DNA of 64,000 nt from Patescibacteria group bacterium (GTDB lineage Bacteria; Patescibacteriota; Minisyncoccia; Phycocordibacterales; UBA9973), in assembly GCA_038063535.1 (NCBI GenBank), contig JBBTUV010000004.1:20530-84529 (forward strand), written 5' to 3'. Shown one piece after another: positions 1 to 8,176 of this stretch. Positions within the stretch are counted from its first letter, which is position 1, and every line of letters begins with the position of its first letter. Under the pieces are notes generated by a model. It was not told the origin of the DNA, did no database searches, and worked only from the letters and a program-made list of their open reading frames with translations. Both the position numbers and the translations under genes were made by a program.

Positions 1-69
1 TTGCGCTACAGCCCCGGTGCCCCATATCCTTATGAACTTCGTGAATTATTACCATAATAAAAAAATAAA

Positions 70-672
70 ATGAGTTGCGATACAATTTCTGGACTAAGTG
101 GTGTCATCTGCAGGATCAGCGATGTTCTCGGCGCCCTCCTTCCTTTTCTTGTCGCGCTCGGGGTTATCTACTTTGTTTGGGGAGTAGTCCAGTATTTTAT
201 CGGCGACTCTGACGAGGCGAAGAAGAAGGGGAGAGACCGGATCATATATGGCCTTATCGGCCTTGCGATTATCATTAGCGTCTGGGGGCTTGTCTATATT
301 CTTCAGGATACTTTCGGCTTGACTCAAGATGCGGCTCCGAATGTATCTAATCTAGTTACGACCTCAAGCACGTCCGGCTCCGGCTGTACCCTCCAGTCAA
401 AACTTCAGGGCCTCATAGGCTACGTGATATGCATTATCGGGAGCTCTGTCATACCGCTTATGTTTGCGCTTGCGGTGGTGCTCTTTGTCTGGGGGGCGGT
501 AAAGTACTTCCTGCTCTCCGGGAGCGAGGAACAAAAGAGAAGTGAAGGCAAACAGTTCATGCTCTGGGGTATAATCGCCTTGGCGGTCATGATCTCGATC
601 TGGGGCTTGGTGAAAATTTTGGGCGAAACGTTCAATATCGGTACCAGTACCCTCCCACAAGTGAAGCCCTAG
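70..672 (+). CDS. Small membrane protein with two tandem TrbC/VirB2-like (T4SS-pilin-like) two-helix domains
   Basis: 200 aa. Residues 1-100 and 101-200 are internal repeats, each a hydrophobic helix, a charged loop (GDxxEAKKKGR / SGSEEQKRSEGK) and a second hydrophobic helix ending WGLVxIL. It is homologous to the next two ORFs. Confidence 0.6.
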   Translation: MSCDTISGLSGVICRISDVLGALLPFLVALGVIYFVWGVVQYFIGDSDEAKKKGRDRIIYGLIGLAIIISVWGLVYILQDTFGLTQDAAPNVSNLVTTSSTSGSGCTLQSKLQGLIGYVICIIGSSVIPLMFALAVVLFVWGAVKYFLLSGSEEQKRSEGKQFMLWGIIALAVMISIWGLVKILGETFNIGTSTLPQVKP

Positions 673-699
673 GTTTCCACAGGCCACTATCTTGACGCG

Positions 700-708
700 T
701 GGTATAAT
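700..708 (+). promoter_or_regulatory. Extended -10 promoter element TGgTATAAT upstream of the second pilin-like gene
   Basis: TGGTATAAT sits about 48 nt upstream of the ATG at 757. TTGACG lies immediately upstream but the spacing is non-canonical. Confidence 0.4.
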
Positions 709-756
709 TAAAAGGTTAAAATTAAGGTCGTTTACATTATCAACAACATTATTATT

Positions 757-1134
757 ATGAAAAAGAAACTTTTGACACTGGGTCTTACACTCTCGCCGCT
801 TGCAGCTTTGGCGCAGGTGACCGGCGGAACACCTAGTGTTTGCGGATCGGGTTCGATCCAGACTGTTCAAGACGTTATCTGCAAGTTGAACGAGATTCTG
901 GGCGCAATCCTCCCGTTCCTGGTTGCCGTCGGCGTTATTCTCTTCGTTTGGGGGGTACTTCAATACGTCATCGGCGGCGATGAAGAAGCCAAGAAAAAGG
1001 GCCGAACCAAGATGATCTACGGCATCATCGGTCTTGCGGTCATCATCGCCCTTTGGGGACTGGTGAAGATCTTGACCAATACCTTCGGGCTAAGGAACGT
1101 CCAGAACATTGAATATCCGACCGTACCGTATTAA
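757..1134 (+). CDS. TrbC/VirB2-like (T4SS-pilin-like) small membrane protein with N-terminal signal peptide
   Basis: 125 aa. The N-terminus MKKKLLTLGLTLSPLAALAQV looks like a Sec signal. It is followed by the same ILPFLVAVGVILFVWGVLQY...AKKKGR...IYGIIGLAVIIALWGLVKIL hairpin as the ORF at 70-672. Confidence 0.65.
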   Translation: MKKKLLTLGLTLSPLAALAQVTGGTPSVCGSGSIQTVQDVICKLNEILGAILPFLVAVGVILFVWGVLQYVIGGDEEAKKKGRTKMIYGIIGLAVIIALWGLVKILTNTFGLRNVQNIEYPTVPY

Positions 1135-1136
1135 GC

Positions 1137-1460
1137 GTGAGTAGGTTCGATACATTTCTCGTTAACTTAAACAGGGAGATCATAAATCCTCTGATACTCC
1201 TTCTCTTTGCGCTGGCGGTCGCCATTTTCCTCTTCGGCATGCTTCAGTTTTTCCTAAGCGCGGCGAATGATGAGAAGAAAACTGCCGGCAAGCAGCACAT
1301 GATTTGGGGAGTGATCGGGATGACGATAATGATGGGGGTGTTCTTTATCTTAAACCTGATACTCGGCACGCTGAATATTTCTAAGGGCGAAATAGATCCG
1401 GCTAACCCGGGCGGCGTGAATCTCAAAGAATACACTCCTCCGCCGTTCCCGCCGCAATAA
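1137..1460 (+). CDS. TrbC/VirB2-like (T4SS-pilin-like) paralog, GTG start, no signal peptide
   Basis: 107 aa. The two-helix hairpin (LLLFALAVAIFLFGMLQFF...DEKKTAGKQ...IWGVIGMTIMMGVFFILNLIL) is homologous to the upstream paralogs and the C-tail is proline-rich. It starts 2 nt after the stop of the previous gene. Confidence 0.55.
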   Translation: MSRFDTFLVNLNREIINPLILLLFALAVAIFLFGMLQFFLSAANDEKKTAGKQHMIWGVIGMTIMMGVFFILNLILGTLNISKGEIDPANPGGVNLKEYTPPPFPPQ

Positions 1461-1468
1461 TCCGTCCT

Positions 1469-1513
1469 GAAACGAAGAAAGGGAGTCTCGAAGGAGACTC
1501 CCTTTTCGTTTTC
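1469..1513. terminator. Bidirectional intrinsic terminator hairpin between convergent genes
   Basis: The sequence GAAACGAAGAAAGGGAGTCTC-GAAG-GAGACTCCCTTTTCGTTTTC forms a near-perfect ~20-bp stem with A/T tracts on both sides. It lies between the + gene ending at 1460 and the - gene ending at 1533. Confidence 0.6.
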
Positions 1514-1532
1514 TGTAAACCTCCTTTCCAAT

Positions 1533-1967
1533 TTAGGGCCACATAATGACCTGGACCCCTGTGGCCGAAGGATCTTCAGGGCGCCACTTCCATTTTCCGG
1601 CCGGGCATCCTCGGTCCGGCTGGTCAACACCGGGGGTGTCGACGTACGGTGCGCCGCAAGGCGGTTCAACGTAAACGCTACCGCCCTTCGGATAGATCCA
1701 CACCTTGCGCGGGAGGTTTTTCTCAATCTCCCTCCCGTATTCCGCAAACGTGAAGAGTGAGTCCGTAGGACCCACCTTCACTTGCCGGGTGACTTGCCCG
1801 TACGTCGCCGGAGCGGGCACAGAGTCATGCTGCTGGCCCGTACCGAGATCCGGCGTGTCGTCGCCAGGACGGAAAACGAGGAAACCAGTGAAGATGATTA
1901 TGCCGGCGATAACTGCCGTTACCACCCACACTGCACTCTTCCTGCTTGTTGAAGTTGCCATGGTCAT
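1533..1967 (-). CDS. Hypothetical membrane-anchored protein, a possible NfeD-like partner of the upstream SPFH protein
   Basis: 144 aa with one N-terminal TM helix (AVWVVTAVIAGIIIFTGFLVF) and a soluble C-terminal domain. Its start overlaps the SPFH gene stop by 4 nt (ATGA). Confidence 0.5.
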   Translation of the reverse strand: MTMATSTSRKSAVWVVTAVIAGIIIFTGFLVFRPGDDTPDLGTGQQHDSVPAPATYGQVTRQVKVGPTDSLFTFAEYGREIEKNLPRKVWIYPKGGSVYVEPPCGAPYVDTPGVDQPDRGCPAGKWKWRPEDPSATGVQVIMWP

Positions 1968-2869
1968 TTTCCCCTTATTCCTGCTGCAAACCTGCCGATG
2001 ATCTCAGCGGCAATAGGGTCCAGCGATATGTCCTTGCGGTCGATGGTCTTCGTGGCTTTCTCCGTCGCGAGCTGGACTTGTTCTAATGCCTGCTCCCGGG
2101 TGAGCCCAGCGCCACCCTCAGCCTTTGGAGCCTGAAGGAGATTGATCATCTCGGCGCCGAACACGATCTCCACCCTCTGTCCTTTCCGCTGATAGGTCTC
2201 TCGCTCTTGAAGAGCTAGATCCTTCGCTACCTCGGGGTCAAGGGTGATCTCCGGCATGATGACTTGCCGAATGGTGACACCCCAGTGCTCCTCGCTTGCT
2301 TCACAGAGAGCTTGTTCCACTTCCTTGCCGAGCTCCTCATGCATGCCCAACACTTCCTCTTGATGTTTTCCCCGGATGCTCTTCCTGAGAATTTGCTTCC
2401 GGGTACTCTCGAGCCACCCGTCAAGGTCATCGGGGACGACGCTGAAGTATGTGTCAGGGTTGGTGATGGCATAGACCACCGATCCACCAATGGTGACGTT
2501 CACGTTGTCCTTCGTGAGAGCCTGAAGGGGGGTGAAGTTGTGGGTTTGCCTTCGGCAATCCGCCGGCTTCTTCGAGAAGGGAAGCGGAGTCCACCACCAC
2601 CCTTCAGTGAAGACAATGCCCGGCACTCGCTGCCCAAAGAGCAGGAGTTGTGCTTTCCAGCCGACTGGTACTTCCTTCCATCCAATGTCGTGCCATGTTC
2701 CCCAGCCCTGCCATGCCCAGGCCACAATCGCCGCCAGCCAAAGCAGGCGTAGAAGGCTGAGGTCTGAGAACACGGCCCAACCCAGGATCAAGAGGACCAC
2801 AACAAAACCAATCCCCAAGATCCGGTTGATACCCAAGTGACCTTCTCTCTCTTCCGTGTGTGACATCGT
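1964..2869 (-). CDS. SPFH / band-7 (stomatin-prohibitin-flotillin-HflK/C) family membrane protein
   Basis: There is an N-terminal TM helix, a body alignable to the band-7 domain, and a coiled-coil Ala/Glu-rich C-terminus. The start is set at the internal Met that follows the strong AAGGAGATGAAACG-ATG SD; the longer ORF to 3007 is probably upstream read-through. Confidence 0.8.
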   Translation of the reverse strand, partial: TMSHTEEREGHLGINRILGIGFVVVLLILGWAVFSDLSLLRLLWLAAIVAWAWQGWGTWHDIGWKEVPVGWKAQLLLFGQRVPGIVFTEGWWWTPLPFSKKPADCRRQTHNFTPLQALTKDNVNVTIGGSVVYAITNPDTYFSVVPDDLDGWLESTRKQILRKSIRGKHQEEVLGMHEELGKEVEQALCEASEEHWGVTIRQVIMPEITLDPEVAKDLALQERETYQRKGQRVEIVFGAEMINLLQAPKAEGGAGLTREQALEQVQLATEKATKTIDRKDISLDPIAAEIIGRFAAGIRGK

Positions 2870-3071
2870 TTCATCTCCTTGCGCCCGAGGCGCGTTTGTG
2901 TGCGCCCCGCTGAGCGCGGGAAATTGTGTGACAGAGTTGTCACGGTTAGCGGGCAAGGGGGTCGAAAGGGGATTGCAACCACTTAGCCCGCCAACCGTCC
3001 AATTCAATTAGAAAGGATTTCAATGTGCTAAATTCTCAAATAGTATATCACAAAAGAAGCCAAAAGTCAAT

Positions 3072-3120
3072 CCCGTTTAGAGGCAGAGGGTCGCTGCGAG
3101 CCCTCGCGGCCTCTAACGGG
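3072..3120 (-). terminator. Long imperfect hairpin (CCCGTTTAGAGGC...GCCTCTAACGGG) downstream of the minus-strand gene
   Basis: It has ~12-bp outer arms enclosing an inner GAGGG...CCCTC hairpin, in tandem with the terminator at 3125-3158. Confidence 0.35.
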
Positions 3121-3124
3121 ACTA

Positions 3125-3158
3125 GCAAAACCAAAACCTCCCCTGACAAAAGGGGAGG
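3125..3158 (-). terminator. Intrinsic terminator of the 3180-3941 gene
   Basis: On the minus strand CCTCCCC-TTTTGTCA-GGGGAGG is followed by TTTTGGTTTT. Confidence 0.6.
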
Positions 3159-3179
3159 CTAAGGTGGGGTTATCAATAA

Positions 3180-3941
3180 TTACGCGTGCTTGAGTGGCGT
3201 GGAGTGATATTTGTTCTCAAGATAGAGCTTGCGCACAACGATCACTACCAGAAGGACGAGTATCGCGAAGATGAGCCACTGGGTAAGCCCCGAAGGCATG
3301 AGTCCGTAGCTGGAGCCGTAGAGCGCGTTTGATACAAGCTGGCTCGAGGTCGGTTCGTTCTCCTGGCTTGCTCCCATCACCTCGCCGTTTTGCACGGTGC
3401 TTGTCGAGCGGGAAGTCGAGACAGAAGGAGCCTGGTAAGCTGAGGTGGAAGTGCCGGAACTTGCGCCGACCACCTCGAAGCGTACTCCGTTCGAGTATCC
3501 ACCGCCGGGGCCGGGATTATATACCGAGACATACTTTTCGTTAGCGCCGTAGAGGTCCCCAGACTGAAGATACATTACCAAGTGCGACGGGTCGATGAAA
3601 GAAGTCGTGCGGTTCAAACCGTTCCAGCGGGCCTGTGATCTCGAAGTGAAGCCGCTGCCGGTGACGTTTACGGTGAGCGAGCTTCCGCTTATATTTGCGG
3701 ACTTGGGACTCAACGAGCTTACGCTTGGGGACGGATTCTCACTGGCGGTTGTTATGACACCAGTGTCCTCATCGGTGTCCGGCTCGTTGTAAGAGCTGTA
3801 ATAACCCCGATTTGCCGCTGCTGCGCTTCGCGGGATGACCGAGAAGGCGAGGCTCACAACCAATCCGATTGCCAAAAGGATCAATATTCCCAAGCTCAAA
3901 TTCCTATTTACGCTATTTAATTTTGCCTTATTTTTACTCAT
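3180..3941 (-). CDS. Predicted surface protein with an Ig-like (IPT/TIG-like) domain and both N- and C-terminal TM helices
   Basis: 253 aa. There is an N-terminal signal-anchor (LGILILLAIGLVVSLAF), a Ser/Thr-rich linker, a ~90-aa beta-rich segment (LTVNVTGSGF...YVSVYNPGPGGGYSNGVRFEV) and a C-terminal TM plus basic tail (LIFAILVLLVVIVVRKLY). Confidence 0.6.
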   Translation of the reverse strand: MSKNKAKLNSVNRNLSLGILILLAIGLVVSLAFSVIPRSAAAANRGYYSSYNEPDTDEDTGVITTASENPSPSVSSLSPKSANISGSSLTVNVTGSGFTSRSQARWNGLNRTTSFIDPSHLVMYLQSGDLYGANEKYVSVYNPGPGGGYSNGVRFEVVGASSGTSTSAYQAPSVSTSRSTSTVQNGEVMGASQENEPTSSQLVSNALYGSSYGLMPSGLTQWLIFAILVLLVVIVVRKLYLENKYHSTPLKHA

Positions 3942-3977
3942 GCTAGTAGTATAGCATATTCCACCTTAAAAGTCAAG

Positions 3978-4061
3978 TGCCGTGGGGGAGATTTGAACTC
4001 CCAAGAGATTACTCTCAATAGCTCCTGAAGCTATCGCGTATACCAATTCCGCCACCACGGC
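3978..4061 (-). tRNA. tRNA-Leu (anticodon CAG), long variable arm, no encoded CCA
   Basis: The cloverleaf was folded manually. The acceptor is GCCGTGG/CCACGGC, the anticodon loop is TTCAGGA and the T-loop is GGGAGTTCAAATCTCCC. Confidence 0.85.
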
Positions 4062-4065
4062 TCTG

Positions 4066-4147
4066 TGGGCGAGAGAGGACTCGAACCTCCAAGTCTTTCG
4101 ACACGTGCTCCTAAGGCACGCGCGTATACCAATTCCGCCACTCGCCC
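4066..4147 (-). tRNA. tRNA-Leu (anticodon TAG), long variable arm
   Basis: The acceptor is GGGCGAG/CTCGCCC, the anticodon stem-loop is CGTGC-CTTAGGA-GCACG and the T-arm is GGTTCGAGTCC. Confidence 0.85.
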
Positions 4148-4151
4148 TCTG

Positions 4152-4224
4152 TCCGCCCTGTAGGATTCGAACCTACGACCTTCTCCTTAAGAGGGAGCAG
4201 CTCTACCAGCTGAGCTAAGGGCGG
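4152..4224 (-). tRNA. tRNA-Lys (anticodon CTT)
   Basis: 73 nt. The acceptor is CCGCCCT/AGGGCGG, the D-arm is GCTCAGCTGGTAGAGC, the anticodon loop is CTCTTAA and the T-arm is GTAGGTTCGAATCCTAC. The anticodon stem carries one G-A mismatch. Confidence 0.75.
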
Positions 4225-4227
4225 ATG

Positions 4228-4309
4228 TGCCCGGGGTGGGCATCGAACCCACATCTCTTGCGAGACACGATCTTAAGTCGTGCGCGTATACCAATTCCGC
4301 CACCCGGGC
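4228..4309 (-). tRNA. tRNA-Leu (anticodon TAA), long variable arm
   Basis: The acceptor is GCCCGGG/CCCGGGC and the anticodon stem-loop is CACGA-CTTAAGA-TCGTG. Confidence 0.85.
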
Positions 4310-4341
4310 AATATTCTTTTTTCGATCTACATTCTTCTCCG

Positions 4342-4416
4342 TGGAGGCCTAGGTGGGAATCGCACCCACGTATAAGAGTTTTGCAGACTCTTGCCTTACT
4401 ACTTGGCGACTAGGCC
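4342..4416 (-). tRNA. tRNA-Cys (anticodon GCA), CCA encoded
   Basis: The acceptor is GGCCTAG/CTAGGCC, the anticodon stem-loop is AGAGT-CTGCAAA-ACTCT and the T-arm is GTGGGTGCGATTCCCAC. It is the only tRNA in the cluster with a genomically encoded CCA. Confidence 0.8.
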
Positions 4417-4435
4417 ATAAGGAAATTATATCTTA

Positions 4436-4714
4436 TTATTTTTCAATTTCGATTTCAACAAAGGGAACGTTTTTCACCTGCATGTTAGCTTTGAGGTAAT
4501 CGCGCAAGTCACTCCGCTTGCGCCTTGCGAACTCCAGTGCTTCAAGGGCTTGCTCTTCCGGAAGCACGCTTATGTAAACAGTCGCGTTCCGGAGATCCGA
4601 GGACACGTCGGCCCTGGTTACGGTGATGAGCGAGACGGAATTATTCTCGCGCTCGAGGAACACGGCCGCAAGCTCTTTCACCAGGTTCGCCGCTTTTTCA
4701 TCTCGTCTGCCCAT
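4436..4714 (-). CDS. rbfA: Ribosome-binding factor A
   Basis: 92 aa. It matches the RbfA family by eye and sits downstream of infB in the conserved infB-rbfA arrangement. Confidence 0.85.
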   Translation of the reverse strand: MGRRDEKAANLVKELAAVFLERENNSVSLITVTRADVSSDLRNATVYISVLPEEQALEALEFARRKRSDLRDYLKANMQVKNVPFVEIEIEK

Positions 4715-4724
4715 GATTTTTGGT

Positions 4725-6203
4725 TTATTTCTGTACCAGGCTGAAAGATTCTATCGCATCTCCCGGGACTACATTGATTTTCGATTCAAGGAGCATGCCG
4801 AATTCTTCGCCTTCCGCGGCGCTCCCTACTTTGTCTTTGTTCTTTTGCATGTTCACGATCCTGCCGCGCCCGATCTCGAAGTCTCTCCGGAGAATTTTGA
4901 CGTTGCTCTCGACGCGGATTTCGCCTTCGAGCACTTTTCCTCCGAGAACTTGCCGCTCTTTTGTCCGGCCGAAGATTTTCAAAATCTTGGCGCGCCCGGT
5001 CGATTCTTCGGTTTCCACGCGCGGCCGGCGTTTCTCAAGCTCTTCCGTGAGCCACTCGGTCATTTTATAAATGATGTCGAAGAGCGATATGGTAATTCCC
5101 CGTGCTTCCGCGATTTCCGCAACGCTTCGATCCGTCTTCACATGAAAGCCGAGCACTATCGCATCTGACGGAGCGTTCTTCGCGTCGCCTTCGCCGATCG
5201 GCCCCACTCCGGAGAGAACCACGCGAAACTCCGCGTTCTCGGCGGAGATTTTCTCTATCTCCCGCTCGATCGCTTCGAGGGAGCCGAGAGTATCGGCCTT
5301 GAGCACGATCGGGATAATTTTCTTGTTCCCGGATTCCTCGTTCCTACTCGGAATATTCTTCACGACCAAGGCAGACTTTGCAAATTCTGCCGCTTCTTCT
5401 TTTTCTATGAAAGCTCGGAAACGGCTACCGACCTTGGGAATTTCATCGAAGCCGACCAGCCGCACCGGGGAAGAAAAAGAAGCCTGCTCGATAGATTTGC
5501 CGAGAAAATCCTCGATGATTTTCACACGACAGATCGCGCCCTCTGCGCCCACAGTCGTTCCTTTTCGGAGCGTGCCGTCCTTTATGATAATGGTAGCCTG
5601 GATGCCGCGGCGCGGATCGAGATTCGTTTCGATCACCGAGCCCTCTGCAGGAGCGTTCGGGTCGCCGGAGAAATTTTCAAGTTCCGCCAGGACCAGTATT
5701 AAAGAAAGAAGTTCGTCTACACCCTCACCGGTCTTGGCGGAGATAAGGGCGAAGGGCACGTTCCCGCCGTAGCCCTCGAGATAAATTCCCGCTTCGGCGA
5801 GTTCGCCCTTTGTTTTCTCCACGTTTGCCTCAGGTTTGTCGATCTTGGCCAGGGCGACGATGAAAGGAGTGCCCGAGGCCGCGATCGTTTTATATGCCTC
5901 GATCGTTTGTGGCTTCACCCCGTCTTCGGCGCTGACGACGAGGATCGCGATGTCGGCGGCTTCTGCGCCACGCTCGCGCATCTTCGAAAACGCTTCATGA
6001 CCGGGAGTATCGAGGAATGTTATTTTCCCAGAGGTGGTTGTGACTTCATACGCGCTGATGTGCTGGGTGATTCCGCCGATCTCACTCTCGACTACGTTCG
6101 TTTTTCGGATATAGTCGAGGAGCGTCGATTTCCCATGATCGATGTGCCCCATTACTACCACTACCGGCGGGCGGCTTATTCGGTTTTCTTTTTGGCTTTC
6201 CAT
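4725..6203 (-). CDS. infB: Translation initiation factor IF-2 (compact form without the long N-terminal region)
   Basis: The G-domain motifs are GHIDHGKST, DTPGH and AKID, and the IF-2 C-terminal domains are present. 492 aa. Confidence 0.95.
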   Translation of the reverse strand: MESQKENRISRPPVVVVMGHIDHGKSTLLDYIRKTNVVESEIGGITQHISAYEVTTTSGKITFLDTPGHEAFSKMRERGAEAADIAILVVSAEDGVKPQTIEAYKTIAASGTPFIVALAKIDKPEANVEKTKGELAEAGIYLEGYGGNVPFALISAKTGEGVDELLSLILVLAELENFSGDPNAPAEGSVIETNLDPRRGIQATIIIKDGTLRKGTTVGAEGAICRVKIIEDFLGKSIEQASFSSPVRLVGFDEIPKVGSRFRAFIEKEEAAEFAKSALVVKNIPSRNEESGNKKIIPIVLKADTLGSLEAIEREIEKISAENAEFRVVLSGVGPIGEGDAKNAPSDAIVLGFHVKTDRSVAEIAEARGITISLFDIIYKMTEWLTEELEKRRPRVETEESTGRAKILKIFGRTKERQVLGGKVLEGEIRVESNVKILRRDFEIGRGRIVNMQKNKDKVGSAAEGEEFGMLLESKINVVPGDAIESFSLVQK

Positions 6204-6640
6204 AGTGCTTCTTTTTCCTCTTCGGTAAGTTCGTATTCGGATTTTCCACCCTTCACCGGCTTGGCAAAGACGCTCATTCTCTCCCTGGCATAAAGGGAAG
6301 AAAGCACCACTCCGTCGCCGCCCTCGTCAACCATTCCGATGGCAAAACTCTGGTTCGAGCCCTGGTCCGGAAATGGATTGAAGCGCACCGTCTCAAGGCC
6401 GCGGATGCTCCCGGCGAGTTTCTTGTTCATCACCGCGATCTCGGCCCCTGATTTTTCGTTTGCCGATTTCAAACTCAAAATGTCGCTGGAGAGTTTCTCA
6501 ATGGTCTCCTCGAGGTCCTTTCCCTTTTTCCCGAGGAAGAACTTTTTCAGGCGCTTCTCGGTGCGGAATAGCCAAAAGAGTTCGACAAGAATTACGAGCC
6601 CGGCCAAAACAAAAAAAGCCATCTCAAGCTTGGTGTTCAT
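6176..6640 (-). CDS. Hypothetical membrane-anchored protein
   Basis: 154 aa with an N-terminal TM helix followed by a coiled-coil/charged region. It overlaps the infB start by 28 nt. No confident family assignment. Confidence 0.5.
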   Translation of the reverse strand: MNTKLEMAFFVLAGLVILVELFWLFRTEKRLKKFFLGKKGKDLEETIEKLSSDILSLKSANEKSGAEIAVMNKKLAGSIRGLETVRFNPFPDQGSNQSFAIGMVDEGGDGVVLSSLYARERMSVFAKPVKGGKSEYELTEEEKEALWKAKKKTE

Positions 6641-6664
6641 GATTTTTCAATATATACTATTTCG

Positions 6665-7753
6665 GTGCGAAAATCAAAGGAAATCTATTTAGATTATGCT
6701 TCAGGTACTGAGCCGAACCCGAGCGCAATACACGAGCTTGGCGTCGGAGAGAAAAAAAAGCTCGAGGTAGCGCGCGAGTGCATTGCGCGAGTTTTTAGAG
6801 CGAGAGCGAGCGAAATAATTTTCACCTCTGGAGGCACCGAGAGCAATAATTTGGCCATTCTTGGGATGCCGAGAGGGCATGTTGTCACCACCAACATAGA
6901 ACATGCTTCAGTGCTCGAAGCTGCAAAGCAGAGGGGCAAGGTGACATTCGTTCCCGTCGAAAAAAATGGCATCGTCGACCCCCGAAAAATCCGAGACGCA
7001 CTTCGGGGTGATACGGTGCTCGTCTCGGTTATGTATGCAAACAACGAGATCGGAACTATCCAACCTATCCGAGAAATTGCAAAAGAGATCCGGCACTGGA
7101 ATAAAAATCACAGCAAAAAAATATATTTCCACACGGACGCAGTCCAGGCGGTGAATTATTTGCCCATCAATGTTGAGAAGCTCGGCGTGGATTTGATGAG
7201 CCTGAATGCTGCAAAAATTTACGGCCCGAAAGGGGTCGGTGCGCTTTACGTCCGGCAGGGTACACCGCTTCACCCGATTATGTTCGGCGGCAATCAGGAA
7301 GGGAAGCTTCGCCCAGGGACGGAAAATGTCGCCGGCGCTGAGGCACTTGCCGAAGCGCTCGAAGAAACAGAAAGAATAAAAGAAAGGGAGATAAAACGCC
7401 TCACCAAACTCCGAGATTATTTTCTCCACCAATTGGCACGGTTTGATTTTGTCGTAAACGGCGACTTGGAAGCAAGGCTTCCAAACAACGTGAATGTCTC
7501 GGTGACCAAAATCCCAAGCGATCTTTTGGTGATTGAACTCTCCGCGCGAGGGATCATGGTTTCCGGCAAGAGTGCCTGCAAATCAGGCGACGAGAAAGCT
7601 TCGCACGTACTTAGAGCGATTCGCGGGCGCGTGGCCGAGAGCGAGGGGTCCTTGCGATTTTCCCTAGGGCGGGGGACGACAAAAAAGGATATCGAGCGGA
7701 CAGTCCAGGTGCTCGCCCAGATATTTGCAAAGCTAGAAAAGTGGTATCATTAA
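6665..7753 (+). CDS. Cysteine desulfurase (class V aminotransferase, IscS/NifS-like), GTG start
   Basis: The fold-type I PLP enzyme signatures are present, including the PLP-lysine region SLNAAKIYGPKGVGALY and a C-terminal active-site Cys loop (SGKSAC). Confidence 0.85.
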   Translation: MRKSKEIYLDYASGTEPNPSAIHELGVGEKKKLEVARECIARVFRARASEIIFTSGGTESNNLAILGMPRGHVVTTNIEHASVLEAAKQRGKVTFVPVEKNGIVDPRKIRDALRGDTVLVSVMYANNEIGTIQPIREIAKEIRHWNKNHSKKIYFHTDAVQAVNYLPINVEKLGVDLMSLNAAKIYGPKGVGALYVRQGTPLHPIMFGGNQEGKLRPGTENVAGAEALAEALEETERIKEREIKRLTKLRDYFLHQLARFDFVVNGDLEARLPNNVNVSVTKIPSDLLVIELSARGIMVSGKSACKSGDEKASHVLRAIRGRVAESEGSLRFSLGRGTTKKDIERTVQVLAQIFAKLEKWYH

Positions 7754-7756
7754 GAA

Positions 7757-8176
7757 ATGCACGGCGAGGAGAATGTTATCAAGAAGTTTCATCCTCATCC
7801 TCTGTTTTATCTTGGCTTTTACCTTGGCGGGCCCATTCTCTCCGGGGTGGGATATTATTTCTTCACTCCGCTCGCATGGGCGGGACCCCTCATTATAATT
7901 CTTGGAGAACTCCTCCGCCGCGCGGAGACATACTATGTGACCGAAGATGGCGTGGTCCACGAATTTCATTTTCTCGCCACTCGTAGAGTTTCCGCTGAGT
8001 ATCGGAGGATACAAAACATCGAGGTCACTCAGTCGTTCTTGGAGAATTTGCTGGGGGTGGGGAATATTCACTTCGATACTGCTGGCGCCGACAGGACCGA
8101 AGTTAATTTCCGCGGGGTAAAGAATCCATACCGCATTGAAAAGATCGTCCGCGAAAGAATTGCCAGCTCAGCTTAA
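7757..8176 (+). CDS. Bacterial PH-domain (bPH_2/YdbS-like) membrane protein
   Basis: 139 aa. Two N-terminal TM helices are followed by a YYVTEDGV...NIEVTQSFLENLLGVGNIHFDTAG motif typical of the bPH_2 family. Confidence 0.7.
   Translation: MHGEENVIKKFHPHPLFYLGFYLGGPILSGVGYYFFTPLAWAGPLIIILGELLRRAETYYVTEDGVVHEFHFLATRRVSAEYRRIQNIEVTQSFLENLLGVGNIHFDTAGADRTEVNFRGVKNPYRIEKIVRERIASSA

Noticed and set aside
397-963. 188-aa minus-strand ORF spanning the first two pilin-like genes
   Set aside because: It is antisense to two homologous, well-structured small membrane-protein genes and has no features of its own.
1244-1747. 167-aa minus-strand ORF overlapping the third pilin-like gene and the terminator
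   Set aside because: It crosses a strong bidirectional terminator hairpin and two better-supported genes; its composition is R/G/P-rich.
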